DNA from: Acidimicrobiales bacterium
GTDB taxonomy: Bacteria > Actinomycetota > Acidimicrobiia > Acidimicrobiales > Bin134
Length of the DNA: 64,000 nt
Direction of reading: 5' to 3'
Assembly: GCA_965208805.1 (NCBI GenBank)
Contig: OZ242355.1
Location: 1,584,267-1,648,266 of the forward strand
A program made the position numbers and the translations under genes. A model generated the notes under the pieces. That model saw only the letters and a program-made list of their open reading frames with translations. It was not told the DNA's origin and did not search any database. The stretch's first letter is position 1. Each line of letters starts with the position of its first letter. This document shows, piece after piece, positions 38,432-47,384 of this stretch.

Positions 38432-40129
38432 TTAGCTCAGGCCGACGATCTCTCCGTTCTCATCTAGATCGATGCCCATGGCGGCGGGTTGGCGGCCAAG
38501 GCCGGGCATGGTGCGCATATCGCCGCAGATGGGATAGACGAACCCTGCGCCCACCGAGGCCCGCACCTCCCGCACTGGCAAGGTCCAGCCGGTAGGAGCG
38601 CCCTTGAGGGAGGGATCTGACGAGATGGACAGGTGGGTTTTGGCGATGCACACCGGGAGGTGGCCGAAACCGGCATTCTCGTAGGTGCCGAGCTGGCGGT
38701 TGGCGGTGGCCGAGTACTCCACGTCATCGGCACCGTACACCGTGGTGGCCACCGCGGCGATCTTGTCCTTGAGCGACAGATCGTCCTCGTACAGCACCTT
38801 GAACGAGCTGGGCTCCTCGCAGGCCTCGGCCACCGCTTCGGCCAACTGGGCCGCGCCCGCGCCGCCGTCGGAGAAGTGGGTGGTGACCGCGCAGCGGGCG
38901 CCGTACTCGTCGGCGATCTCTCCAATGGCGGCCAAGTCGGCATCGTGGTCGCCGGGAAAGGCGTTGATGGCCACCACCGGGGTAACCCCGTGGGCCTTCA
39001 TGTTGGAGAGCTGCTTGCGGAGGTTGTCGCCCCCGGCGTGAACCTCGTCGGGGTTCTCGGCCAGCAGCGCCTCGGGCAGGGGACGCCCGGCCACAATGCG
39101 GTGGTTCCCGGAGTGGGCTTTGAGCCCCCGCACGGTAGCCACCATCACCGCGGCATCAGGGGCCAGGCCCGAGTAGCGGCACTTGATGTTGAAGAACCGC
39201 TCGGCCCCCATGTCGGCGCCGAACCCGGCCTCGGTCACCAAGAAGTCGCCGGTGTGGATGGCGATGCGGTCGGCCACGATGGAGGAGTTGCCGGTGGCGA
39301 TGTTGCCGAACGGCCCGGTGTGCACCAGGGCGGGGCCGCCCTCCAGGGTCTGCATCAGGTTGGGCTTCAGGGCGTCCTTCAACAGCACGGCCATGGCCCC
39401 GGCGGCCTTGAGGTCTTCAGCGGTCACCGGGTCGCCGTCTTTGGTGTAGCCCACCACGGTGCGGCCCAGCCGGGCCCGCAAGTCCGATAGCGATGTGGCC
39501 AGCGCCAAGGTGGCCATCACCTCGGAAGCGGCGGTGATGTCGAATCCGCTCTCTCGGGGGATGCCGTCGAGCCGCCCGCCGAGGCCGACCAGGATGTTGC
39601 GCAGGGCCCGGTCGTTGATGTCCACCACCCGGCGCCAGGTGATGTTGTGCAGGTCCAGCCCTGATTCGTTGCCGTGGTAGATGTGGGCGTCGAGCATGGC
39701 CGAGCACATGTTGTGGGCCGCGGTCACCGCGTGCATGTCGCCGGTGAGGTGGAGGTTGAACAGCTCCATTGGCACCACCTGGCTGTAGCCGCCACCGGCC
39801 GCGCCGCCCTTGATGCCGAACGTGGGTCCCAATGACGGCTGGCGGATGGCGATGGTGGCCCGCTTTCCGATATGGCCGAAACCCTGGCCCAACCCCACCG
39901 TGGTGGTGGTCTTTCCCTCGCCCAATGGTGTTGGAGTGATGGCCGTCACCACCACGTAGCGGGCTCGGGGCCGATCAGACAGAGCCTCGATCGCATCCAG
40001 GCTGATCTTGGCCGCCCCGGCCCCGTAGGGCTCCAGCATCTCGACTGGAATGCCGGCTTCTTCGGCGATTTCGGTTAGTGGTCGGAGGTTCGCCCCGCGG
40101 GCGATCTCAAGATCAGAAGGAAAAGACAT
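38432..40129 (-). CDS. fhs: Formate--tetrahydrofolate ligase
   Basis: TAITPTPLGEGKTTT, KGGAAGGGYSQV, GPFGNIA, TEAGFGADMGAERF, CIAKT, TMPGL. Confidence 0.96.
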   Translation of the reverse strand: MSFPSDLEIARGANLRPLTEIAEEAGIPVEMLEPYGAGAAKISLDAIEALSDRPRARYVVVTAITPTPLGEGKTTTTVGLGQGFGHIGKRATIAIRQPSLGPTFGIKGGAAGGGYSQVVPMELFNLHLTGDMHAVTAAHNMCSAMLDAHIYHGNESGLDLHNITWRRVVDINDRALRNILVGLGGRLDGIPRESGFDITAASEVMATLALATSLSDLRARLGRTVVGYTKDGDPVTAEDLKAAGAMAVLLKDALKPNLMQTLEGGPALVHTGPFGNIATGNSSIVADRIAIHTGDFLVTEAGFGADMGAERFFNIKCRYSGLAPDAAVMVATVRGLKAHSGNHRIVAGRPLPEALLAENPDEVHAGGDNLRKQLSNMKAHGVTPVVAINAFPGDHDADLAAIGEIADEYGARCAVTTHFSDGGAGAAQLAEAVAEACEEPSSFKVLYEDDLSLKDKIAAVATTVYGADDVEYSATANRQLGTYENAGFGHLPVCIAKTHLSISSDPSLKGAPTGWTLPVREVRASVGAGFVYPICGDMRTMPGLGRQPAAMGIDLDENGEIVGLS

Positions 40130-40265
40130 GGACCCGCCTCTCATGCTCGATGCTTGCTGTCAACCCCGTTAGCGTACACGGACAATCAGCCGGTGATCGG
40201 GCGGCTGCGAGAGGCAATCTTTAGACTCGGCCATGGCAGCGACGGCGCCATGACGGGAGCTCACC

Positions 40266-41603
40266 GTGACTGACTTTTTCGACACCGTTCCGGAGCCGGT
40301 GGCCTTTGCCGGCCGCAGGGCGGGTCTCGGCCAGTTGGCCTATCGGGTGTACGACCCCGACCGGGTGGTGATGGGGCAGCGCATGGAAGACCATCTGCGG
40401 ATCGCGGTGTGCTACTGGCACAGCTTCAACTGGCCGGGCAGCGACATATTCGGCCACGGCACGTTCGACCGCCCCTGGCTAGAGCCCGGACAAGATCCGA
40501 TGGCCGCCGCTCGGGCCAAACAGGATGCCGCCTTTGAGTTCTTCGAGAAGCTGGGAACCCCGTTCTATTGCTTCCACGACGTGGACATGGCCCCGGAGGG
40601 CGCCGATCTAGCCGAGAGCCGGGCCAATCTCGATGCCATGGTGGAGCGAGCTGCCACCAAGATGGAGGCCTCCGGCGTGCGTTTGCTGTGGGGTACGGCC
40701 AACTTGTTCAGCCACCCCCGGTATGCCGCGGGGGCCGCTACCAACCCCGATCCGGAGGTGTTCACCCACGCCGCGGCCCAAGTGCGCCACATGCTGGAGG
40801 CCACCCACCGCCTCAATGGAGCCAACTACGTGCTGTGGGGCGGGCGAGAGGGCTACGAGACTCTGCTCAACACCCGGATGCGCCAAGAGGCCGATCAGTT
40901 CGCCCGCTTCTTGACAATGGTGGCGGAGCACAAGCACGAGATCGGATTCACCGGCACGCTGCTCATCGAGCCCAAGCCCCAGGAGCCCACCAAGCACCAG
41001 TACGACTACGACTGCGCTTCGGTTCACGGATTTCTAGACCGCTACGGCCTCGTCGACGAGTTCAAGGTGAACATCGAGGTGAACCACGCCACCTTGTCGG
41101 GCCACTCCTTCCATCATGAGGTGGCCTATGCGGTGGACAACGGCATTTTCGGCAGCGTGGACGCCAACCGGGGCGATCCCCAGAACGGTTGGGACACCGA
41201 CCAGTTCCCCAACTCGGTGGACGAGCTGTCGCTCGCCCTCTACGAGATTTTGCGCGGTGGGGGGTTCATCACCGGCGGATTCAACTTCGACACCAAGCTC
41301 CGGCGCCAGAGCATGGCCCGCGACGACCTGTTCATGGGCCACATCGGAGGTATTGACACGCTGGCCCGCTCCCTGCTGGTGGCCGAGGCCATGCTGGCCG
41401 ACGGGGTCATCGAGCAAGCCCGGACCGACCGCTACGCCCGGTGGGACTCGGGTTTGGGCGCCGAGATCATGAAGGGTGACGTGGACCTTGCCGCGCTTGC
41501 CGACCAGGCAGTTGCCGACGGACTCGACCCCCAGCCGGTGTCGGGGCGCCAAGAGCGACTGGAGAATGAGGTCAACCGAATCATCTGGTCCACGCCGAAC
41601 TGA
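40266..41603 (+). CDS. xylA: Xylose isomerase (class II)
   Basis: [47 protein letters not shown]. Confidence 0.96.
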   Translation: MTDFFDTVPEPVAFAGRRAGLGQLAYRVYDPDRVVMGQRMEDHLRIAVCYWHSFNWPGSDIFGHGTFDRPWLEPGQDPMAAARAKQDAAFEFFEKLGTPFYCFHDVDMAPEGADLAESRANLDAMVERAATKMEASGVRLLWGTANLFSHPRYAAGAATNPDPEVFTHAAAQVRHMLEATHRLNGANYVLWGGREGYETLLNTRMRQEADQFARFLTMVAEHKHEIGFTGTLLIEPKPQEPTKHQYDYDCASVHGFLDRYGLVDEFKVNIEVNHATLSGHSFHHEVAYAVDNGIFGSVDANRGDPQNGWDTDQFPNSVDELSLALYEILRGGGFITGGFNFDTKLRRQSMARDDLFMGHIGGIDTLARSLLVAEAMLADGVIEQARTDRYARWDSGLGAEIMKGDVDLAALADQAVADGLDPQPVSGRQERLENEVNRIIWSTPN

Positions 41604-41670
41604 TTGGGAGCCAAGTAACCAAGTGTTAGGTTGACGGGCTGATGTCGGGCATTGCTGCGATTGGCCGCTG

Positions 41671-43146
41671 ATGGTTGGCCGTGCATTGGTGGCCGGGGTG
41701 GACTCGTCCACCCAGTCCACCAAGGTTGAATTGCGGGAACTCGACTCCGGCCTGCTGATTGACCGGACCAGTGCCCCGCACACCCACTCGCGCTGGGAGC
41801 CGCCGGTGAGCGAGCAGGATCCGGCGACTTGGTGGGAGGCGCTGTCGGCCTGCTTTGCCCAATTCACCGATGCCGACCGGGCCAACGTGGTTGCAGTGAG
41901 CGTGGCCGGCCAACAGCACGGCTTGGTGCTGGTAGGCGAAGACGGCGAGGCTCTGCGGCCCGCCAAATTGTGGAACGACACTACCTCCGCGCCCCAGGCC
42001 CGCGACCTGGTAGCCCGTTATGGTCGCGAGCAGTGGGCTCAGCGCTGCGGATCGGTGCCGTTGGCATCGCTCACCATTGCCAAGCTGGCCTGGGTTCTTG
42101 AGCACGAGCCCGAACTGGCTGATCGGATTGCTCAAATCATGCTGCCCCATGACTGGCTCACTTGGCGGCTGACCGGCGCTCATGTCACCGACCGAGGCGA
42201 CGCATCGGGCACCGGGTGGTTTGATCCTGCCGCCAATGAGACGGCCCCTGATCTGCTGGGGTTGGCCGTGGGCGATCCGAACGAGTGGCTACCTCGGTTG
42301 CCCCGGGTGCTCGAACCTGATCAGGCGGCTGGGCCAATCACACCGCAAGCGGCGGCCGCCCTGGGAGTGAGCGACTCAGTGCTTGTCGGCCCCGGCACTG
42401 GCGACAACATGGGCGCGGCTCTCGGACTTGGGTTGAAGCCCGGTGACACAGTGATCTCGCTGGGTACTTCCGGCACTGCCTATTCCGTCTCCACCACTCC
42501 AACCAGCGACTCGACGGGTGCGGTGGCAGGATTCGCCGACGCGGCAGGCGGCCATCTGCCCTTGGTCTGCACGCTCAACGCCACCCGGGTCACCGACACG
42601 GTGGCCCGCTGGCTGGGGGTCGAACCTTCGGAACTGGCTGCCCTGGCTCTGGCCGCTCCGGAGAATTCGAACGTTCCGGTGCTTGTGCCCTATTTCGACG
42701 GGGAGCGCACTCCCAACCTGCCTGATGCCACCGGTCTATTGACAGCCCTGCGAAACGACACCACCCGGGAGGAACTGGCCCTGGCTGCCCACGACGGTGT
42801 GCTCTGCGGGCTGTTTGACGGTCTCGATGCCTTGCGGAGGGCCGGGGTTGACGCCAGCGGTCAGCTACACCTGATTGGCGGCGGAGCCCGCTCGGCCGCT
42901 TACCGGGTGCGGGCTGCGGCGTTGCACGGCGCGGCTATCACTGTGCCCGACGACGAGACGGTTGCCCTGGGGGCCGCGGTGCAGGCCGCGGCGGTGGCGG
43001 CGGGCGGCCATCCAGTCGAGGTGGCTGCCCAATGGCCGCTCGGTCAGGGGACGCTTGTCGATCCCCCGCCGGGGATCGATGGGGAAGAGGTTCGGGCCCG
43101 CTACGCCGAGCAGCAACGGAGAGCCTTTCCCTCCGGCAGCGGGTAG
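41671..43146 (+). CDS. xylB: Xylulokinase (FGGY family)
   Basis: GVDSSTQSTK, GQQHG, LWND, TDRGDASGT, GTGDN, GERTP; follows xylA. Confidence 0.9.
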   Translation: MVGRALVAGVDSSTQSTKVELRELDSGLLIDRTSAPHTHSRWEPPVSEQDPATWWEALSACFAQFTDADRANVVAVSVAGQQHGLVLVGEDGEALRPAKLWNDTTSAPQARDLVARYGREQWAQRCGSVPLASLTIAKLAWVLEHEPELADRIAQIMLPHDWLTWRLTGAHVTDRGDASGTGWFDPAANETAPDLLGLAVGDPNEWLPRLPRVLEPDQAAGPITPQAAAALGVSDSVLVGPGTGDNMGAALGLGLKPGDTVISLGTSGTAYSVSTTPTSDSTGAVAGFADAAGGHLPLVCTLNATRVTDTVARWLGVEPSELAALALAAPENSNVPVLVPYFDGERTPNLPDATGLLTALRNDTTREELALAAHDGVLCGLFDGLDALRRAGVDASGQLHLIGGGARSAAYRVRAAALHGAAITVPDDETVALGAAVQAAAVAAGGHPVEVAAQWPLGQGTLVDPPPGIDGEEVRARYAEQQRRAFPSGSG

Positions 43147-43174
43147 CGACCTTAACCTGTGGGAAAGTGTGAGC

Positions 43175-44332
43175 ATGTCGAGTGACCAGACGATGCGCGA
43201 CCTCATGGCCAACCTGCCGGTACCAGAGTTTGAGTCCACACCGTGGGCTTCTCCACCCCCCTTGTCGGAGGCCACTGTGGCCATTGTGACCAGTGCGGGG
43301 CTGCACCGGGCCGACCAGGACCGTTTTGAAGGCCGGGGTGACACCAGCTACCGCATGCTCAACCGAGAAGACCGCGAGCTGATATTGGGCCACTGGAGCT
43401 CCAACTTCGACCGGGCTGCGTATGTGTCCGACCACAACGTGGTGTACCCCATCGACCGGCTGGAGGAGTTGGCCGCCGATGGCACCATCGGGGCCGTGGC
43501 CCCTCGGCATGTGGCGTTCGCTGGCAATCAGCCCGACACTGTTTCGGAGGTGCGCCTCGATACCGGCCCCGCCGCCGCGGCCCAATTGCGGGCCGCCGGG
43601 GTGGATGTGGCCATACTGACCCCGGTTTGACCCCTGTGCACGCGCACCGTGTGTGTGCTGGCCCACGTACTGGAAGACGCTGGAATCGCCACGGTGGTGC
43701 TGGCGTCGATGCGGCCTGTAGCTGAGCGAATGAATGTACCCCGAGTGCTGTACTGCGAGTTCCCCCTGGGTCGCCCGTTGGGCATGCCCGATAGCGCCCA
43801 ATTCCAACACGGTGTGCTGGCCGCAGCATTCGACCTGCTCAATGCCCGCTCTGGCCCAGTATTGGTGGACTATCCGGAAGTGGTGGACGCTGTAGAGACG
43901 CCGCTGGCCTGCGCGCTGCCGCCCCGTTTCGATCCCGATATCGCCGCGTCGGTGGACGAAGCCCAGGGACTACGAGCCGCATATGACCGGGCGGTAACCC
44001 GTCGGGGGGCCACCGAAGTCGGCCGTTCCATCGACCCTGACGGTGTCCCCGGCGCCCTAGCTGATTTGGAGCGACTGATCGCCGGAGAACACTGGAAAGA
44101 GGTCTATGGCCCTCGGTTGGACACCATCGCCATCGCCCACGACATCCGGGCCTACTACCAGGAGGCCGCCCTCGAGCTAGCCGGTGGCCCGGCTCCAGGG
44201 GCACGGCAGGCGGAGGCCTGGTTCTACGAGGAGACCGAGGCGGGGAAGACGTTGGCCGCCGCCCGCGACGCCCTCACTGAGCAGGAGGCCCCCAGCGGCA
44301 TCACGTTCTACATGCAGCCTGTGGGACGCTGA
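43175..44332 (+). CDS. Selenoprotein: PrdB/GrdB (reductase selenoprotein B)-like domain with UxxC plus an extra C-terminal domain (385 aa, Sec at UGA 43628-43630)
   Basis: VAIVTSAGLH, D.SYR, D.NVVYPIDRL.EL..G.IG, GVDVAILTPV-U-PLCTRTV..LE.AGIATV, PRVL...FPLGRPLG; two ORFs in frame across a single TGA. Confidence 0.85.
43631..43672 (+). promoter_or_regulatory. Candidate SECIS downstream of UGA 43628
   Basis: Alternative hairpins GCACGCGCA-CCG-UGUGUGUGC (43638-43658) or GUGUGUG-CUGGCC-CACGUAC (43651-43670). Confidence 0.5.
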
Positions 44333-44345
44333 CTTCTAGGAAGCG

Positions 44346-45506
44346 TCAGCCCACCGCTGGCAAGGGATCGCCGATTCGAGCGAAACACTCGGCGGCGGTC
44401 TCGCCCATAAACGCGGTCTTTACTTCGTCGTCAAGATCGTCAAGGGCCGGTCGGTAGAGCTCGATCGGATCGGCGTTTCCCTCCTGATGCGGGTAGTCAG
44501 ACGAGAACACCACCATGTCAGGTAGGTCGGCTAGCACGTCGAGGGCGTCGGTGTCCCCAAAGCCGGGCAGGGGAGTGAGCCGCAGGTTGCGGTGGAGCAT
44601 CTCCTCTCCGCTCACCGACCACGGCCAATCGCCCAAGGACGGCGACGACAGGCATTGGCGGGAGAGCGTTGCCACATACCAGGGCAGCCATCCGGCCCGC
44701 ATCTCCTCGACCAGCACAGTGAGGTCGGGGAATCGGTGGAACACCCCGCCGAACAGCATACTGGCAATGAGGTTTTGGGCGGCGTGCAGCCGCTGGGTGT
44801 TGGCCAGCCGGATCAGCCCACCGACGCCGGCCCCGTCGGGCAGATCCCAGCCGATGTCGGCCCACTTCGAGAAGTCCGACTCGGTGTTGCCCACATGGAT
44901 CACCGCCACCATGCCCAAGGAGGTGGCCGCGGCCCACACCTTGTCCCAGTCGGGGTGACCGGGCGGGCCTCCAGCGGATGCACCCCGGAGGGTGTAGAGG
45001 AAGAAGGCCCGGGCGCCCCGCTCCCGGCACCGCTCCAGCTCAGTCACCGCGTGGTCCAGATCAGAGAAGTCGATGGTGGCCACTGTGTGGAGCCGATTGC
45101 GCTGGTCCCAAAGCTGCTCGGTGAGGAAGTCGTTGCACCGCTGGGCGGCGATCACGCGATCGGAAGGCCGCAGGTAGTCGAGCTTCTGCCAGTAGCCGCC
45201 GGGGTTCACCAGGCAATGGTCTATGCCCACCGAGTCCATCCACGCCACCCGCTCAGCGGCGGTTGAATCATGACGGGGGTGCAGGATGACCGGCCCGCCC
45301 GAATCTTCGGCCCGCTCAAAGAGCTTGGGCAGCAGTTCTGCCGGGCTTGGCAAACGATCCGCAGGCAGCACTTGGAGCAGGTCGCCGGCGATGGCGTTGG
45401 CCAGGTGCGTCCGATTGTCGGGAATCTGATCAGCCCACGGCTTCATGGGATCTACCCCGGCCGAGTCTCCCGTGATCTCCCAGTGGGTATCCACATCGAT
45501 GATCAT
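44346..45506 (-). CDS. Amidohydrolase family protein (Amidohydro_2)
   Basis: IIDVDTHWE, VIHVG, GGVFHRFPDL, FSSDYPH. Confidence 0.88.
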   Translation of the reverse strand: MIIDVDTHWEITGDSAGVDPMKPWADQIPDNRTHLANAIAGDLLQVLPADRLPSPAELLPKLFERAEDSGGPVILHPRHDSTAAERVAWMDSVGIDHCLVNPGGYWQKLDYLRPSDRVIAAQRCNDFLTEQLWDQRNRLHTVATIDFSDLDHAVTELERCRERGARAFFLYTLRGASAGGPPGHPDWDKVWAAATSLGMVAVIHVGNTESDFSKWADIGWDLPDGAGVGGLIRLANTQRLHAAQNLIASMLFGGVFHRFPDLTVLVEEMRAGWLPWYVATLSRQCLSSPSLGDWPWSVSGEEMLHRNLRLTPLPGFGDTDALDVLADLPDMVVFSSDYPHQEGNADPIELYRPALDDLDDEVKTAFMGETAAECFARIGDPLPAVG

Positions 45507-45541
45507 GGGCCGAGTCTAAGTGGCGACCCGCGCTCCCGCTG

Positions 45542-47224
45542 TCAGCCGACCCTGGCGATGAACCAGCGATGAGGCGAGGTGGAGATTTCGGGGGCGGTGA
45601 GGGGAGCAGAGACCGAACCGGATTGCCCGTCGCTAATTCCGACGCTGAAATCCTCCTCAAAGTCGGCTTCAGGAAACTCAAATGTCTGAAGCTTGGCCAA
45701 CACGAAGTCCTGGCCAACAGCCACCCGGACTTCGATGAAGGAGTTGTCGTTTTGGGTGCTTTCGGGGAGGCCGAACGCCTCTTGGAGGGTCTGCCATTGC
45801 CAGTCGAGCCCGTCCCGCGACCAACCGACCATGTACCTGTGGGGGTCGTATTCGTCGAAGGCGGCTGAATCCTCTTCCATGATGGCAGCCGCCAATTCTT
45901 CTCCAGAGAAGGCCACCAGTTCGGCCCCGGTTTCGGGGTCGTCGAACACCACCATTTCGTAGCCCTCTTCGTCCAGCACTTCACGCACCCCCTCTGGCGG
46001 CGTCTCAGCTTGGCTTTGGATGGTCTCAGAATCGAAGACATACACCGCGGAGTCATTCTCCAGGTCCCACAGCGTGATGCCGCCGTCGGGTTGGTTGTAG
46101 CGGAGTTCGTAGCCGTCTTTCTCGATGACGATGTCGGGCAGAGTGAAATCTCTATCGGGCTCGTCGCCAGGCCATGGTGGCCCTCCGACTATGGCAATGC
46201 CCGCAGGTCCGACAGCGAGACCAGGAACCCAGCCGATGCCTTCGGGGAGGGTTAGCACCTGCCCGGAACCGTAGACACCCTCGAAGCGCTCGATCCGGTA
46301 TTCCGTGTAGCCCTCATCTGCAGTCCAGATCTTTTCGTGGGCGCTGTCAGTGACCTCTACATCCACGGGGGTACTGGTCCACTCACGACCATCTGAGGAA
46401 TACAGCAAGTAATCCTGGCCGGAGTCGGACACAATCAGACGAAAGCCGTCAGACGCTCCGTGGCCGCTGGCAAACCAACCCGGGAAATCTGCCACCGGCT
46501 CAGCTGGCCCACCATCGCTCAAGAGGACTTGGACTCTGCCCACGCTGGGCTCAAAGTCCACATCGCCCTCACCGCCCCCCTCCATGAGAGGCACCCCTGG
46601 TTCATGAATGGCCGCGACCACCATGAGTTGTCCGGCGACAATCGCGTCTGCGATCCAGGCCGTACCTTCGAATGAGCTCAGGTCGACCGGCAGTTCAGTC
46701 CAGGTCTCACCTTGGTCGTCAGAAAACCGAATCTGGGCATAGGGGGCTTCGAGGGTTGAGTCCCAACCTTGGATCAACCAGCGGTCGCCGGAGATGTCGG
46801 CGCTCCACGGCAGGAAACCCGCGGGAATGGAGATCGGAGTCCACTCCCTGCCGTTCTCAGAGACCAAGATCGAATCCATGCCGCGGTCGATGAAGCTCAT
46901 AGCCAGAACACGCCCGTCGCCTACCGACTGGAGTCGGATAGTTGAGGTTTCGTCGGCGCCTAGTACGCGGGAGAGATCGACTTCGGTCCAAACCAGACCA
47001 GTGCTATTAGGAGCCTCAGTTGGTGTGATTGCGGGAGCGGCGACGGGCTCTGGTGTTGGGGCGACTCCTTCTGGTGTAACGGGCTGCGGAGTCGGTGTCT
47101 GCAACGGATCGGGCAGCTCGTTGCCCACGATCACTTCGGTGCTTTCTGATGACGAGCAGGCTGTCAACGCGACTACCAGGGTCAGAATAAGGGTGGCTGG
47201 CAGAAGCCTCTGGAGCAGCCTCAT
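45542..47224 (-). CDS. Secreted lipoprotein with Asp-box/BNR-like repeats
   Basis: Lipobox LTAC, Pro/Thr linker, SENGREW, SDDQGETW, SSDGREW, SRDGLDW; paralog of the 47385-49355 ectodomain. Confidence 0.75.
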   Translation of the reverse strand: MRLLQRLLPATLILTLVVALTACSSSESTEVIVGNELPDPLQTPTPQPVTPEGVAPTPEPVAAPAITPTEAPNSTGLVWTEVDLSRVLGADETSTIRLQSVGDGRVLAMSFIDRGMDSILVSENGREWTPISIPAGFLPWSADISGDRWLIQGWDSTLEAPYAQIRFSDDQGETWTELPVDLSSFEGTAWIADAIVAGQLMVVAAIHEPGVPLMEGGGEGDVDFEPSVGRVQVLLSDGGPAEPVADFPGWFASGHGASDGFRLIVSDSGQDYLLYSSDGREWTSTPVDVEVTDSAHEKIWTADEGYTEYRIERFEGVYGSGQVLTLPEGIGWVPGLAVGPAGIAIVGGPPWPGDEPDRDFTLPDIVIEKDGYELRYNQPDGGITLWDLENDSAVYVFDSETIQSQAETPPEGVREVLDEEGYEMVVFDDPETGAELVAFSGEELAAAIMEEDSAAFDEYDPHRYMVGWSRDGLDWQWQTLQEAFGLPESTQNDNSFIEVRVAVGQDFVLAKLQTFEFPEADFEEDFSVGISDGQSGSVSAPLTAPEISTSPHRWFIARVG

Positions 47225-47305
47225 AGAAACTGCACGCTACACACAAAACTTGTATAAGGGGTGTAGCTGCGAGGAAAGCAAGTACACACCGGAAAGACCA
47301 CTGCG

Positions 47306-47338
47306 GGCGGTTGGTGCGGAGGGGACGCACCAACCGCC
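47306..47338. terminator. Perfect 13-bp hairpin downstream of the anti-sigma gene
   Basis: GGCGGTTGGTGCG-GAGGGGA-CGCACCAACCGCC. Confidence 0.7.
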
Positions 47339-47384
47339 TACAGCAGTTCCAGCGTCCTGTCCGAGGTCGAGGACGAGTTCGTCG

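Noticed and set aside
40251..40253. Third in-frame UGA (upstream of xylA) as a Sec codon
   Set aside because: Outside the XylA domain, not a Cys position, and xylA has its own SD and GTG
40130..40265. ZTP or THF riboswitch upstream of fhs (also checked upstream of folD)
   Set aside because: No recognisable conserved riboswitch motifs by eye; a covariance-model search would be decisive
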